DNA from: a plasmid
Sequence record: NZ_CP137560.1
Strand: one strand, 5' to 3'
Length of the DNA: 64,000 nucleotides
How positions within the stretch are numbered: position 1 is the stretch's first letter; the number at the start of each line of letters is the position of its first letter. Below, in pieces: positions 9,873 to 19,156 of the stretch. Under the pieces are notes generated by a model. The model did no database searches. It had not been told where the DNA came from and saw only the letters and a list, made by a program, of their open reading frames with translations. Position numbers and translations under genes: made by a program.

Positions 9873-10448
9873 TTACTTTTTATGATAACTTACTAATAGA
9901 TAACCCGCAAGGGCTACCCCTAACCACACACAAATTAATATGATCAACGAACCCTTACCACGTTCGGGAGGTTTCTTCTCTTCCACGCTTTCTACGCTAT
10001 TATAATTGCTTTCTAACGCCGTTCGCCTGACCTTAGAAGAAGAATTTGCCGAAGTAGTACAGGAGTTATTTTCGCCTTCGAGTTTAGCTTGAGCTTTCGC
10101 CGTACCATATCCCTCGATGCTATACCCGCCGCCTTCCAATGGCTTGATGAGCCACGTCTGCTGCCACTGCTGGTCAGTCGTCAGATTTTCCGTTGTCAGA
10201 CTCGTCACCTGTGCCGTGTCGCGGCTTACGCTGCTGTCTCGACTTACGCTGCTTACCAGCCCCGTCTGCTGCGTCTGTGTCACCATCGTCTTCTTGGTTC
10301 TGCAGTTCACCACTAACAGGACAAGAAGCACGATGAGGACAAAGCTGAATGGCCTCGATAGCCCGTGTGAGCCTATTGAGCGCATAGCGGGTGCGGGCAT
10401 TCTCCTTGTTGAGTTCCTCGATAGCTTTTGCATTATCTTCTGCTGCAT
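9873..10448 (-). CDS. overlapping +1-frame ORF with signal-peptide/Cys and C-terminal TM (o-spanin-like?); start uncertain
   Basis: Overlaps the 3' 275 nt of the previous ORF in the +1 frame. Contains FSFVLIVLLVLLVVNC (signal-like hydrophobic stretch ending in Cys), a Ser/Thr/Gln-rich middle and a C-terminal hydrophobic helix. The 300 nt downstream of the overlap have no alternative frame. Confidence 0.3.
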   Translation of the reverse strand: MQQKIMQKLSRNSTRRMPAPAMRSIGSHGLSRPFSFVLIVLLVLLVVNCRTKKTMVTQTQQTGLVSSVSRDSSVSRDTAQVTSLTTENLTTDQQWQQTWLIKPLEGGGYSIEGYGTAKAQAKLEGENNSCTTSANSSSKVRRTALESNYNSVESVEEKKPPERGKGSLIILICVWLGVALAGYLLVSYHKK

Positions 10449-10635
10449 CGTTCAGTTCTTTTTGTTTAGCGAGGAGTTCCTTACTCACGTCGCCATACAT
10501 CTCCTTGAAGGTGTCATGTATGCGCTTCGCCTGCTCAGCCTCCTTCACCTTTCGGTTGGCTATCCAGGCGATGGCAGCACCAATGCCGCCCGATGGGATA
10601 GCCCACTGCAGTATGTTTAGTATGATGTCTGTCAT
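10174..10635 (-). CDS. membrane-anchored coiled-coil protein (i-spanin-like architecture), 153 aa
   Basis: N-terminal TM helix (IILNILQWAIPSGGIGAAIAWIANRKV) followed by a long Glu/Lys/Ala-rich helical segment. Confidence 0.4.
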   Translation of the reverse strand: MTDIILNILQWAIPSGGIGAAIAWIANRKVKEAEQAKRIHDTFKEMYGDVSKELLAKQKELNDAAEDNAKAIEELNKENARTRYALNRLTRAIEAIQLCPHRASCPVSGELQNQEDDGDTDAADGAGKQRKSRQQRKPRHGTGDESDNGKSDD

Positions 10636-10697
10636 CGCCTTTCAACCATTTTAACTAATAACTAACTTATAATATAATGAAGATTTGAAGCCTTTTT

Positions 10698-11756
10698 TTA
10701 AGCCTGATGGCCGCTGTAGATGACACCACCGGCATCCTCCTTCTTAGGCATACAGATGAAGTAATGGCGATAAGAAAGCAGGTTGCGCTGATACTGAGGG
10801 TCGTTCTCTGCAGGACTGTAGTACATCTTGGTAGTACCTGTAGCCTTGAACACACGAGGCACATGGAAAGCAAATGAGCACTGGAACTCACCCGCCTTAG
10901 GCGTTGCGCCCACTGCATTCTTCACACCTGCAGTACTGTAGGTAGGGCAAGCGCCATACTCGTAGATATCGAAGCCATAGAGGCGACCTACGGTGCCGTC
11001 ATTGCGGTTGATGTTATACTGCTCCTTAAATGCCTGATCGATCTCCAAGAGGTCGTTCACATGGTCAGTACAGAGCACAAGGCGGCGGTCAGTCACTGGC
11101 ACGCCTAATGCGTCGAGCTTACGCTTGAGGGCTACAATGTCGTCAATACAGAGCTTAATACGCTTGGTAGCAGTATCCACCGCACCGGTAGTTACGAGCA
11201 CAGGAGTCTTGTCCGTATTCTTGGTAGGACAGAGCGCATGAGCAGCCTTGGCGTACTTAGCGTCATTCAGGGCGTTGGCACAGCTTTCCTTCACGCGCGA
11301 CATCTTGTCGTAGGAGAGTGCATACAACTCATCGTCGGTCACTGGTACCACCTTAGTCTGGAACTTATCGAGCGAGAAGGTCTTGTCGCCGTCCTCTAAC
11401 TCCTGAATATCCAATGGGTACGTGGTGTTATTGATGAGCACCTGCGGATCTGCACCCACATCTACAAGGTGGATCACGTCATTATTGACGATAGAACTCT
11501 GGTCTGGCACACCGTTGAGCCATGATGCATCCAGCTTTCCACGGAGAGCCCTAATCAGCTCACCCGTCCATACTTCCTTCAACACACCCTCACATGCTGC
11601 ATCCTCAGGCATAAAGCCAGGGAGAGCAATGGCGATAAGACAAGCCACAGCTGCACCACCCAAAGGACTACAACCCAACAACACAGCAATAACTCCACCC
11701 ACGATGGCATTAAAAAGCAATGCCGATGTAATCTTGATAAATGTTTTCTTATTCAT
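10698..11756 (-). CDS. phage major capsid protein (HK97-fold family); true start may be Met49 at 11612
   Basis: Immediately follows the prohead protease/scaffold gene and is ~300 aa after the internal Met. The hydrophobic N-terminal 48 aa look like a start-codon over-extension. Confidence 0.55.
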   Translation of the reverse strand: MNKKTFIKITSALLFNAIVGGVIAVLLGCSPLGGAAVACLIAIALPGFMPEDAACEGVLKEVWTGELIRALRGKLDASWLNGVPDQSSIVNNDVIHLVDVGADPQVLINNTTYPLDIQELEDGDKTFSLDKFQTKVVPVTDDELYALSYDKMSRVKESCANALNDAKYAKAAHALCPTKNTDKTPVLVTTGAVDTATKRIKLCIDDIVALKRKLDALGVPVTDRRLVLCTDHVNDLLEIDQAFKEQYNINRNDGTVGRLYGFDIYEYGACPTYSTAGVKNAVGATPKAGEFQCSFAFHVPRVFKATGTTKMYYSPAENDPQYQRNLLSYRHYFICMPKKEDAGGVIYSGHQA

Positions 11757-11806
11757 AGTTATATTTTAGCATTTAAAATTTCTCATTTGTCATTTGTCAT
11801 TTCTCA

Positions 11807-12803
11807 TTATCGAGCGGGTTCAAATCCATACTCCGCCTTATAGAGTCGCACGAATTCGTCGTGGTGATTGTCGTGCAGATCCATCATCACGTTGGCAGGC
11901 ACGGCGCTCAGCTTCTCATACTTGGAGTAGTCTTGTGGTTCTGCCACGATATTGCCCTTATCGGTTCGGTGCAGGGTAGCCGTAATCTTACCCTGAGGCT
12001 GCATGGCAGACAGAGTGATGTTCAACTGATCCAGACCCAACTTCTTACCCAATTCCACGAAGTGATCCTTCATGCCTGCAGCAAGACGTTTCTCGGTAAT
12101 GGCAGTTTCCACCGCACGTGTGATAGCAGCCAACTCCACCGCCTGCTGCTGTGCCTGGAGCGTCTGTACCTGAGTCTCCAAGGCGGTTACCTTACCTGCC
12201 GCGAGACCGAGACTCACGAGCTTCTGATTCACTTCTTCTTCTGTTGCGGTCTCCTTCAGACCCAACTTGATCGCTAAATCTTTTAATTCCATTTCTTTCT
12301 TTTTTAATGGGGTTTTACTTACATTATCTAATAGAGGAAGAACACCGTCGATGGAGTCCTGTCCTGCTGAAAGTGAGATTGTCTTACCTTCATGAGTGAG
12401 CACGATAGCGTCATCATTGCCACCAATATCCACCACACTCACCTCGATGAGCTTAGATTTCGTCACCGTAGGTCTCTGCTGTCCCTCTGCGAGCAACTGC
12501 TTGTCGTCGCTCATCTCTAAGATCTGAAAGTTAGCGCTCACCATTTTCACACTGCCGAACTCCCATTGCTTCTTCAGTTGCTTAGACAGTTCCGTAGCTT
12601 CATCGAACACCAGCTCACCCGTCACGTCCTGACCTTCCACCTTCAGATCCTTCACCATACCGATCACCTTGCCGCGCTCGTGCATATAGAGGAGCACGGG
12701 GTTGCGCTGGTACTGTGCCAGGTCTATACCCGGTGTAAGAATTCGAGTGCCGTAGCAGTTGACGCTCTCGTTACTGATTCTTACTCGTTTACCTTTAGCC
12801 ATA
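11807..12803 (-). CDS. prohead protease fused to scaffold-like coiled coil (~332 aa from ATG 12801-12803)
   Basis: MAKGKRVRISNESVNCYGTRILTPGIDLAQYQRNPVLLYMHERGKVIGMV resembles an HK97-type prohead protease N-terminus. The C-terminal half is Ala/Gln/Glu/Leu-rich coiled coil. The ORF-track upstream extension to 12982 is probably untranslated. Confidence 0.55.
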
Positions 12804-13056
12804 TATACATATTTAAAAAAGTTTCTACTTTCTTTTTCCTGCGAATACCAGCGGAGCGTTCCGCCCGAATTCGACTGCAATATTACTAACTTTTCGCATA
12901 ACCTCCAAAAAAGTATGAAATGGTTGCACACTTCTATGAAACCGCTGCACACTATTTTTGCAGATTGCCCAAAAAGTCGCAATTTTGCAGTACCAAAACC
13001 CGCGAGGCATTAAGTACCTCAGCGGTTTTCTATTCACATTATAATAACATTCGAAT

Positions 13057-13536
13057 ATGACAAAAGCAGAATTAGAACGCAAGAAGAACCTCGCCCGAAC
13101 CCTCTATATGGCGGGTAAAGAACAGGCAGAGATAGCCGAACAGATAGAGGTATCCAGAGTAACAATATCCAAGTGGGCCAACACGGAAGGATGGAAAGAA
13201 CAGCGAGCCGCCAAGAACGTCACACGACCCGAACTGGTCAACAAACTACTCCTTACCATCGACACCCTCATCAGTCAGGTGAACGAGTCCGGCGACCCGG
13301 ATAAGATTTCCGGATTGGGCGACCGACTGGCCAAACTTTCGTCCGTCATTCAGAAACTCGACAAGAAGGCCAACGTGGTAGATGCCATCGAGGTGTTCAT
13401 GGCATTCTCGAAGTGGATGCAGTTCCGCGCACAGACCGACCCGAACATCACACCCGAACTTCTCAAGACATTCAACTATTACCAGGATCTCTTCATCTCC
13501 GACAAGATGAACAATGGCTTCAGCTGTGAGCTCTAA
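13057..13536 (+). CDS. terminase small subunit (HTH-containing)
   Basis: N-terminal HTH-like segment (GKEQAEIAEQIEVSRVTISKWAN) directly upstream of the large terminase. Confidence 0.55.
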   Translation: MTKAELERKKNLARTLYMAGKEQAEIAEQIEVSRVTISKWANTEGWKEQRAAKNVTRPELVNKLLLTIDTLISQVNESGDPDKISGLGDRLAKLSSVIQKLDKKANVVDAIEVFMAFSKWMQFRAQTDPNITPELLKTFNYYQDLFISDKMNNGFSCEL

Positions 13537-13560
13537 TACATAATAATAAAGCAAAGAAGG

Positions 13561-15126
13561 ATGGCAACACAAACTGAAAAGAAACAGGCCATCGAGGCAT
13601 GGCGGGAACACTGCAAGCAGATAGCAGCCCTCACCGACACCTCGCTCATGGCTCCCGAAAGCAAAACGGAGCGAAACAAACGTATTGCTTCCCTGCAGAG
13701 GGACTATGCTGCCTTCTGCGAATATTATTTTCCTCACTTCCTGCAGCTCAAGGACAAGACCACTGGCAAGGTACTGCGCACCATTCACAATGCGCCGTTC
13801 CACAACCAGGCAGCCCGCAAAGTGAAGTCAACGCCCAATCTGAAGGCGGTATTCATGTGGCCCCGTGGTCATGCCAAGAGTACCCATCTGGACGTTTTCC
13901 TGCCCCTGTGGCTCATGTTCCAGCCCCTCAGGCTCATCAACTTCATGGTCATCGTGGGCAAGAGCGAGGACGCTGCCTGCCGACTCCTGGGCGATATCCA
14001 GGCAGAGTTGGAATACAACGACCGACTCAAGGCGGATTTCGGAGAACAGAAACCATCCGGTGGCGACTGGACCGATGGTGAGTTCAAGGCACAGTGCGGG
14101 GTCAAGTTCCTCGCCTGCGGCCGTGGTCAGAGTCCTCGTGGTCTGCGCGACCGTGAGGCACGTCCTGACTATATCGTTATCGACGACCTCGATGATGATG
14201 AGCTCTGCAAGAACGAGAAACGTGTGCGCGAGCTTACCTCATGGGTCAAGTCAGCCCTCTTCGGATCCTTAGACGTGGGACGTGGCCGCTTCATCATGGT
14301 GGGCAACCTTATCTCCAAGAACTCCGTACTCTTCAATATTGCCCACACCAAGGGCGTATTCCTCTCCAAGGTCTATGCCGTGGATAAGAATGGCGACCCG
14401 ACATGGCAGGAGAAATGGACGCGCGAAGAGGTGGATGCTTATCGTGAGTTCGTAGGCTACCGAGACTGGAACAAGGAGATGATGCACAATCCTATCAAGG
14501 ACGGCACCATCTTCCGGCACGAATGGATTAAGTATAAGCGTATGCCGAAACTCTCGAAGTATGAGGCCTTAGTCTGCTATACTGATCCATCCTGGAAATC
14601 GACTACCGAGAACGACTACAAGGCGTGCCGACTCTGGGGCAGTATCGGCAAGGAACTGCACCTCATCGACTGCTTCGTGCGCCAGGACACCACGGGTGCC
14701 ATGGTAAGATGGCTCTACAATCTCTATGAGCGAAGCTTAGAAGAGGGAGCAAGCATCCAGTTCTACATGGAGGCAAACCTGATGCAGGATACTGCCCTCG
14801 ATGAGTTTGCTGCTGAAGGCGACCTGCGTGGCTATCAACTGCCTATCACGGCAGACAACCGCAAGAAGCCCGACAAACTGCAGCGTATCGAGTCCGTAGC
14901 TCCTCTCTGGGAGCGTGGTGTGGTTTTCTACAACGAGGCGCTCAAAGACTCTGAGGATATGCAGGTAGGCATCGACCAGACGCTTTCGCTCGAACATGGC
15001 AGCCGTGCGCACGATGATGCACCCGATGCCGACGAGGGTGCCATCTATATCCTCCAGAAGCAGGGCAGAGTAGCCGCCTTCGTTCCAAGAATAGTGAAGA
15101 GAATGCGCCCTAAAAATTCATGGTAG
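13561..15126 (+). CDS. terminase large subunit
   Basis: 521 aa with an ATPase Walker-A-like segment (WPRGHAKST) and a Walker B-like segment (DYIVIDDLDDDE). Acidic nuclease-like residues in the C-terminal half. Confidence 0.8.
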   Translation: MATQTEKKQAIEAWREHCKQIAALTDTSLMAPESKTERNKRIASLQRDYAAFCEYYFPHFLQLKDKTTGKVLRTIHNAPFHNQAARKVKSTPNLKAVFMWPRGHAKSTHLDVFLPLWLMFQPLRLINFMVIVGKSEDAACRLLGDIQAELEYNDRLKADFGEQKPSGGDWTDGEFKAQCGVKFLACGRGQSPRGLRDREARPDYIVIDDLDDDELCKNEKRVRELTSWVKSALFGSLDVGRGRFIMVGNLISKNSVLFNIAHTKGVFLSKVYAVDKNGDPTWQEKWTREEVDAYREFVGYRDWNKEMMHNPIKDGTIFRHEWIKYKRMPKLSKYEALVCYTDPSWKSTTENDYKACRLWGSIGKELHLIDCFVRQDTTGAMVRWLYNLYERSLEEGASIQFYMEANLMQDTALDEFAAEGDLRGYQLPITADNRKKPDKLQRIESVAPLWERGVVFYNEALKDSEDMQVGIDQTLSLEHGSRAHDDAPDADEGAIYILQKQGRVAAFVPRIVKRMRPKNSW

Positions 15127-15175
15127 CAGCGCCAACTCAATTTCTAATTTCTCATTTCTAATTTCTCATTAAATT

Positions 15176-15601
15176 ATGAGTTTCATCACGCAGGAAGATT
15201 TCAAGGTCGTGAGCAGCGAAGCTTCGCTCAAGGCCATCACGGGTGCAGACCCGGACAACATCAGCAACGCCATCGCAGAGGCACAGGAGGAAGTGGCAGG
15301 GTATCTGCGCCCCAAGTATGATACCGACCGCATCTTTGCCACCGAAGGCGACGACCGCAACCGCCAGTTAGTCATGTACACCGCCGATATTGCACTCTAC
15401 AATATGATAGCATCGCTCCCCAACCGCATGGGCTACGAAACCCGCAAGGAACGCTACGAGCGTGCCATCAAGTGGCTCGAGGGCGTACAGGCGGGTAAGA
15501 TAGTACCCGACCTGCCCATCGCTACAGACGATACCGGCAACGATATCTCACAAGGCGGAGTCTTAGCATACGGCAACGGCCCCGACAACCACAGCTGGTA
15601 A
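15176..15601 (+). CDS. hypothetical phage protein between terminase and portal
   Basis: 141-aa ORF preceded by the ATTTCTM heptamer repeat. Confidence 0.4.
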   Translation: MSFITQEDFKVVSSEASLKAITGADPDNISNAIAEAQEEVAGYLRPKYDTDRIFATEGDDRNRQLVMYTADIALYNMIASLPNRMGYETRKERYERAIKWLEGVQAGKIVPDLPIATDDTGNDISQGGVLAYGNGPDNHSW

Positions 15602-15635
15602 AATTTCTAATTTCTCATTTCTAATTTCTCATTAA

Positions 15636-16982
15636 ATGAAAATGAATATAAATAGAACAAAAGACCGCATAGAGGATGCCTGGAGAGCACTCCTCGGCCG
15701 ACCGCAGCTTTGGAGAACCAAATATGGTGATATCGAACTGGTAGGCAAGAACAACCGCCGACAGGTGGAAAGTATCATCGCCAAACTGCAGCGCACCACC
15801 GAGGCGCTCACCAAGGGCGACATCAAGAAGTGGCGACGTGCCTGGCAACTCGCCATCAGTGTGGAAAGTCCCAACCGTCAGGCACTCTACGACATCTACC
15901 GTGATACCGAGATAGACGCACACCTCTCCGGTTGTATCGACCAGCGCAAGGGCTTCGTCATGGAACGCTCGTTCAAGATAGAAGACAAGAACGGAACACC
16001 AGCCGAAGAACTCAATCACTTCCTCGAGCAGGAATGGTTCGTGGAGTTCTGTCGTCTCGTGCTTACTACTCCTTACTGGGGTCACTCACTCATCGAACTC
16101 GGAGACCTCGGAACCGATGGCGACGGATGCCTCGCTTATAACAATGTAACGTTGGTGGATCGCAAGTACGTCATACCCGAGCACCACCGCGTCATCACCG
16201 ACCTCGGACAGGACTGGACCACTGGCATCGACTACCATGAGCCGGAATGGATGGGCAATCTTGTTGAGGTGGGCAGACCCGACGACCTCGGACTTTTTCT
16301 CAAAGCTTCGCTCCACTGCATACCTAAGAAGAACGTATTGGCTGCATGGGACGTCTTCAGTGAAATCTTCGGTATGCCGCTGCGTGTTGCTACCACAGGA
16401 TCCAGAGACCAGAAGGAGGTGGACCGTATCAGTGACATGATGGAGCGCATGGGGCAGGCCGGCTATGCCGTACTGCCTACAGGTACGGAAATCCAAATCG
16501 TAGAAAGCGCCAAGAGCGACGCATTCAATGTTTACGATAAGCGTGTAGATCGCGCCAACTCCGAAATCTCCAAACTTATCATCGGTCAGACCATGACTAT
16601 CGAGGACGGTAGCAGCCTCTCGCAGAGCCAGACCCACCTGAAGGTGTTTGAGAACCTCGTAGAGAGCGATGCCAAGTTGCTCGCCAACACCATCAACAAC
16701 CAGCTCTTCCCTCGCATGATCAGCCATGGTTTCCCGCTCCAGGGTTATCACTTCGCATGGGACGATAGTCCAAGCTATACCCCGGAGCAGCAGATGGAGT
16801 ACGAGAAGATGATCTCCGACCGATACGAGGTGGACGGCAAGTACTTTGCCGACAAATACAACATGCCCGTAGGCAACCGCATTCAGCAGCCTTCACTCTT
16901 CGGTAGCGAACCTGCAGAAAAGAAAGAAGACCCAAAAGAAGACCCGGAAGACCAAAAGGATCTGAAGAATTTTTTCGATTAA
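15636..16982 (+). CDS. portal protein, Mu gp29-like (DUF935-type)
   Basis: 448 aa located between the large terminase and the MuF-like gene. Acidic low-complexity C-terminus. Confidence 0.65.
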   Translation: MKMNINRTKDRIEDAWRALLGRPQLWRTKYGDIELVGKNNRRQVESIIAKLQRTTEALTKGDIKKWRRAWQLAISVESPNRQALYDIYRDTEIDAHLSGCIDQRKGFVMERSFKIEDKNGTPAEELNHFLEQEWFVEFCRLVLTTPYWGHSLIELGDLGTDGDGCLAYNNVTLVDRKYVIPEHHRVITDLGQDWTTGIDYHEPEWMGNLVEVGRPDDLGLFLKASLHCIPKKNVLAAWDVFSEIFGMPLRVATTGSRDQKEVDRISDMMERMGQAGYAVLPTGTEIQIVESAKSDAFNVYDKRVDRANSEISKLIIGQTMTIEDGSSLSQSQTHLKVFENLVESDAKLLANTINNQLFPRMISHGFPLQGYHFAWDDSPSYTPEQQMEYEKMISDRYEVDGKYFADKYNMPVGNRIQQPSLFGSEPAEKKEDPKEDPEDQKDLKNFFD

Positions 16983-17035
16983 GCCCCGAAGCTTATGAGG
17001 GGCTACACCTGAGATATAAGGAGATACTGAAGGGT

Positions 17036-18451
17036 ATGGACGTGCCCGACACTATTCAACTCATGGGCGAGAAACAATGGGAGGAGATTAAATCACGGCT
17101 CACTGGCAAGTTCAACAAGATGATAAAGGGCCTTTTCCGTCAGAAGGGAGCACAGCTCGACATCAACATTTTAGCAAGCGACGAGGCGCAAGAATTCATC
17201 ACCACCCATGCTGGTATCCTTGATGGCGGCTTCCAGAAGGTAGAGATGAGCGATAAGATGCGCGAGCGCCTTACCCGCTCCAATTATATCTTTTCGGGCA
17301 TCAAGACGTTCCACGAGCTCAACGAGGCTTTCCCTTCCATGCTCGATGAGAATGGCAATAAAAAGCCGTTCGAACGCTTTTTGAACGATGTCCAGAAAAT
17401 CAACGATACCTACAATGCCAACTATCTGCACGCCGAATACAACTTCGTACAGGCTTCTGCTACCATGGCGGCAAAGTGGGAACAGTTCAGCGAGGATGGC
17501 GACCGATACTATCTGCAGTACCGCACAGCCAAGGATGACAAGGTGCGTCCGGAACATGCCGCCCTCGATGGGGTAACACTCCCGATGAGTGATTCTTTCT
17601 GGGAAACCTATTACCCGCCGAATGGATGGAACTGCCGCTGTACCGTGGTACAGGTGCGCAAGCAGAAATATCCGGCCACAGAGCACGCTGAAGCCATGAG
17701 TAGGGGCGAAGAAGCCATGAACGGCGAACGGTATAACATTTTCCGTTTTAACAGTGGCAAGCAGGGCAAAACCATGCCCGACTACAATCCTTACACCATC
17801 AGGCGGTGTAATGACTGCGACGTGGCGAAAGGAGGTGGTGTAAAATTAGGGGCTTTTGTTCCTGATTACCAACTTTGCCGTAGCTGCGTAAAGATTAGAG
17901 AATGCTACGAAAATAGAGAAAAGGCTAATGGTGATCAGAATCTTACTAAGCGCACAAAAGAAGAGAAACATGTAATTTATTCCATGCCAATAGAGGAGCA
18001 ATTCGAAACCCTCTCAAAGAACAAGGAAGGTTATGAAGTATCTCGCCATATACTGAAGGATAAAAAAGAGATGGATTACAACCGTGTGCTTAATACTGCA
18101 AAGTTGCTATCTAAGTTTGATAACGTGAGAATACAGCCCGAGATACACGCCAGCGAGATTGATATAAGAAACCGCCTTGGACTTCCCGAAAAGAAGAACC
18201 CGGACTTGATGTTTGGAAATACTTTCGTGGATGTAAAGTCTCCGTTCTCCAGCAAGAACATTGTTACTAACGCAAACGATGCTTGTAAACAAAATGCCAT
18301 AGCTTGCATCACAGATCATCTTTGCCATATAGACAAAAACAAAATAGGTCTTTTGGCAAGAAAGGTATTAAGTGACAGGAACTACACAAAGGATACCGTA
18401 TTCTTTGTCGTGGAGAATAAACTTTATAAATATACAACAGCCGACCTTTAA
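17036..18451 (+). CDS. MuF-like head morphogenesis protein fused to C-terminal Zn-ribbon + putative PD-(D/E)xK nuclease (toxin-like) domain
   Basis: Conserved MuF/SPP1 gp7 motif region VRPEHAALDGVTLPMSDSFWETYYPPNGWNCRCTV. After ~aa 250: CNDCDV...CRSCVKIREC (CxxC x2), then NPDLMFGNTFVDVKSP (PD...D-x-K). The 3' third of the gene is visibly more AT-rich than the 5' part. Confidence 0.65.
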   Translation: MDVPDTIQLMGEKQWEEIKSRLTGKFNKMIKGLFRQKGAQLDINILASDEAQEFITTHAGILDGGFQKVEMSDKMRERLTRSNYIFSGIKTFHELNEAFPSMLDENGNKKPFERFLNDVQKINDTYNANYLHAEYNFVQASATMAAKWEQFSEDGDRYYLQYRTAKDDKVRPEHAALDGVTLPMSDSFWETYYPPNGWNCRCTVVQVRKQKYPATEHAEAMSRGEEAMNGERYNIFRFNSGKQGKTMPDYNPYTIRRCNDCDVAKGGGVKLGAFVPDYQLCRSCVKIRECYENREKANGDQNLTKRTKEEKHVIYSMPIEEQFETLSKNKEGYEVSRHILKDKKEMDYNRVLNTAKLLSKFDNVRIQPEIHASEIDIRNRLGLPEKKNPDLMFGNTFVDVKSPFSSKNIVTNANDACKQNAIACITDHLCHIDKNKIGLLARKVLSDRNYTKDTVFFVVENKLYKYTTADL

Positions 18452-18624
18452 AAAAGATCGGCTGAGGTTTCCCAACTTCGCGGGCTGGTTCCAGTGGTCA
18501 TGACTCCCACGCTGCAAATATACAATAAACTTTTTAAACTCGCAAGAATATGAGCAAAAAAGAAGAAAAAAAGAGAAAAATCGAATGGAAACGACATTGC
18601 TTTGCCGTTTCCTTGGTAGCAAAT

Positions 18625-18939
18625 CTAAAGAAAGATTGCGATAATAGAGACCAACAGACTAATCACACCCACAACGGTTGCGATAATAACACTATAAAAC
18701 TGGATACGCTCACGTCGGTACTTAGCAACAAAACCACCGTTATCTACAAGAGCCTTACCCTTAAAGGTTATCTTGTAGTGATTGCGAGACTCTTCAAGGA
18801 GGCCTTCCTTCACAAGAAAGCGGATGGCATCGCCAAAGCCTTCTGGGGCATTGTGGAATAACACTTCGCCTGGCACCCATACGTCAGTTTTGAAGCTACT
18901 GATAGCCACGTCGAGTAATTCCGAAGAAAATTTAGTCAT
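18625..18939 (-). CDS. small protein with C-terminal TM helix (candidate immunity/moron), convergent with MuF-toxin gene
   Basis: 104 aa ending VIIATVVGVISLLVSIIAIFL, within an AT-rich island (18450-19150). Confidence 0.4.
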   Translation of the reverse strand: MTKFSSELLDVAISSFKTDVWVPGEVLFHNAPEGFGDAIRFLVKEGLLEESRNHYKITFKGKALVDNGGFVAKYRRERIQFYSVIIATVVGVISLLVSIIAIFL

Positions 18940-19156
18940 AATCTATAAATGTTTTAAGTTATACGATATACATATAACGCCAAAACGGCGACAATATTAT
19001 GCCATTCCAATCCCTACTAAGGCCGAGCCTTCATCCCTACTACCGATGAGCCTCAGTCCCTATTAGGGATGGAGCCTCGTCCCTATAGGGATGCAAAAAC
19101 GATATTCTAACGGTGTTCTATCACCATTATATTAACATTTTAATCTTAAAAAGTAA

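Noticed and set aside
10698-11756. Lipoprotein/signal-peptide interpretation of the capsid ORF N-terminus (LLGCSPLGG)
   Set aside because: The hydrophobic 48-aa extension most likely results from choosing the most upstream start. An internal Met at 11612 gives a capsid-sized protein, which makes more sense next to the protease/scaffold gene.
13599-14272. Alternative-frame ORFs inside the large terminase gene (13599-14081, 13865-14272) and antisense ORF 16086-16751 inside the portal gene
   Set aside because: They are nested within genes with clear family motifs. Their Pro/Arg/Ser-rich composition is typical of out-of-frame translation.
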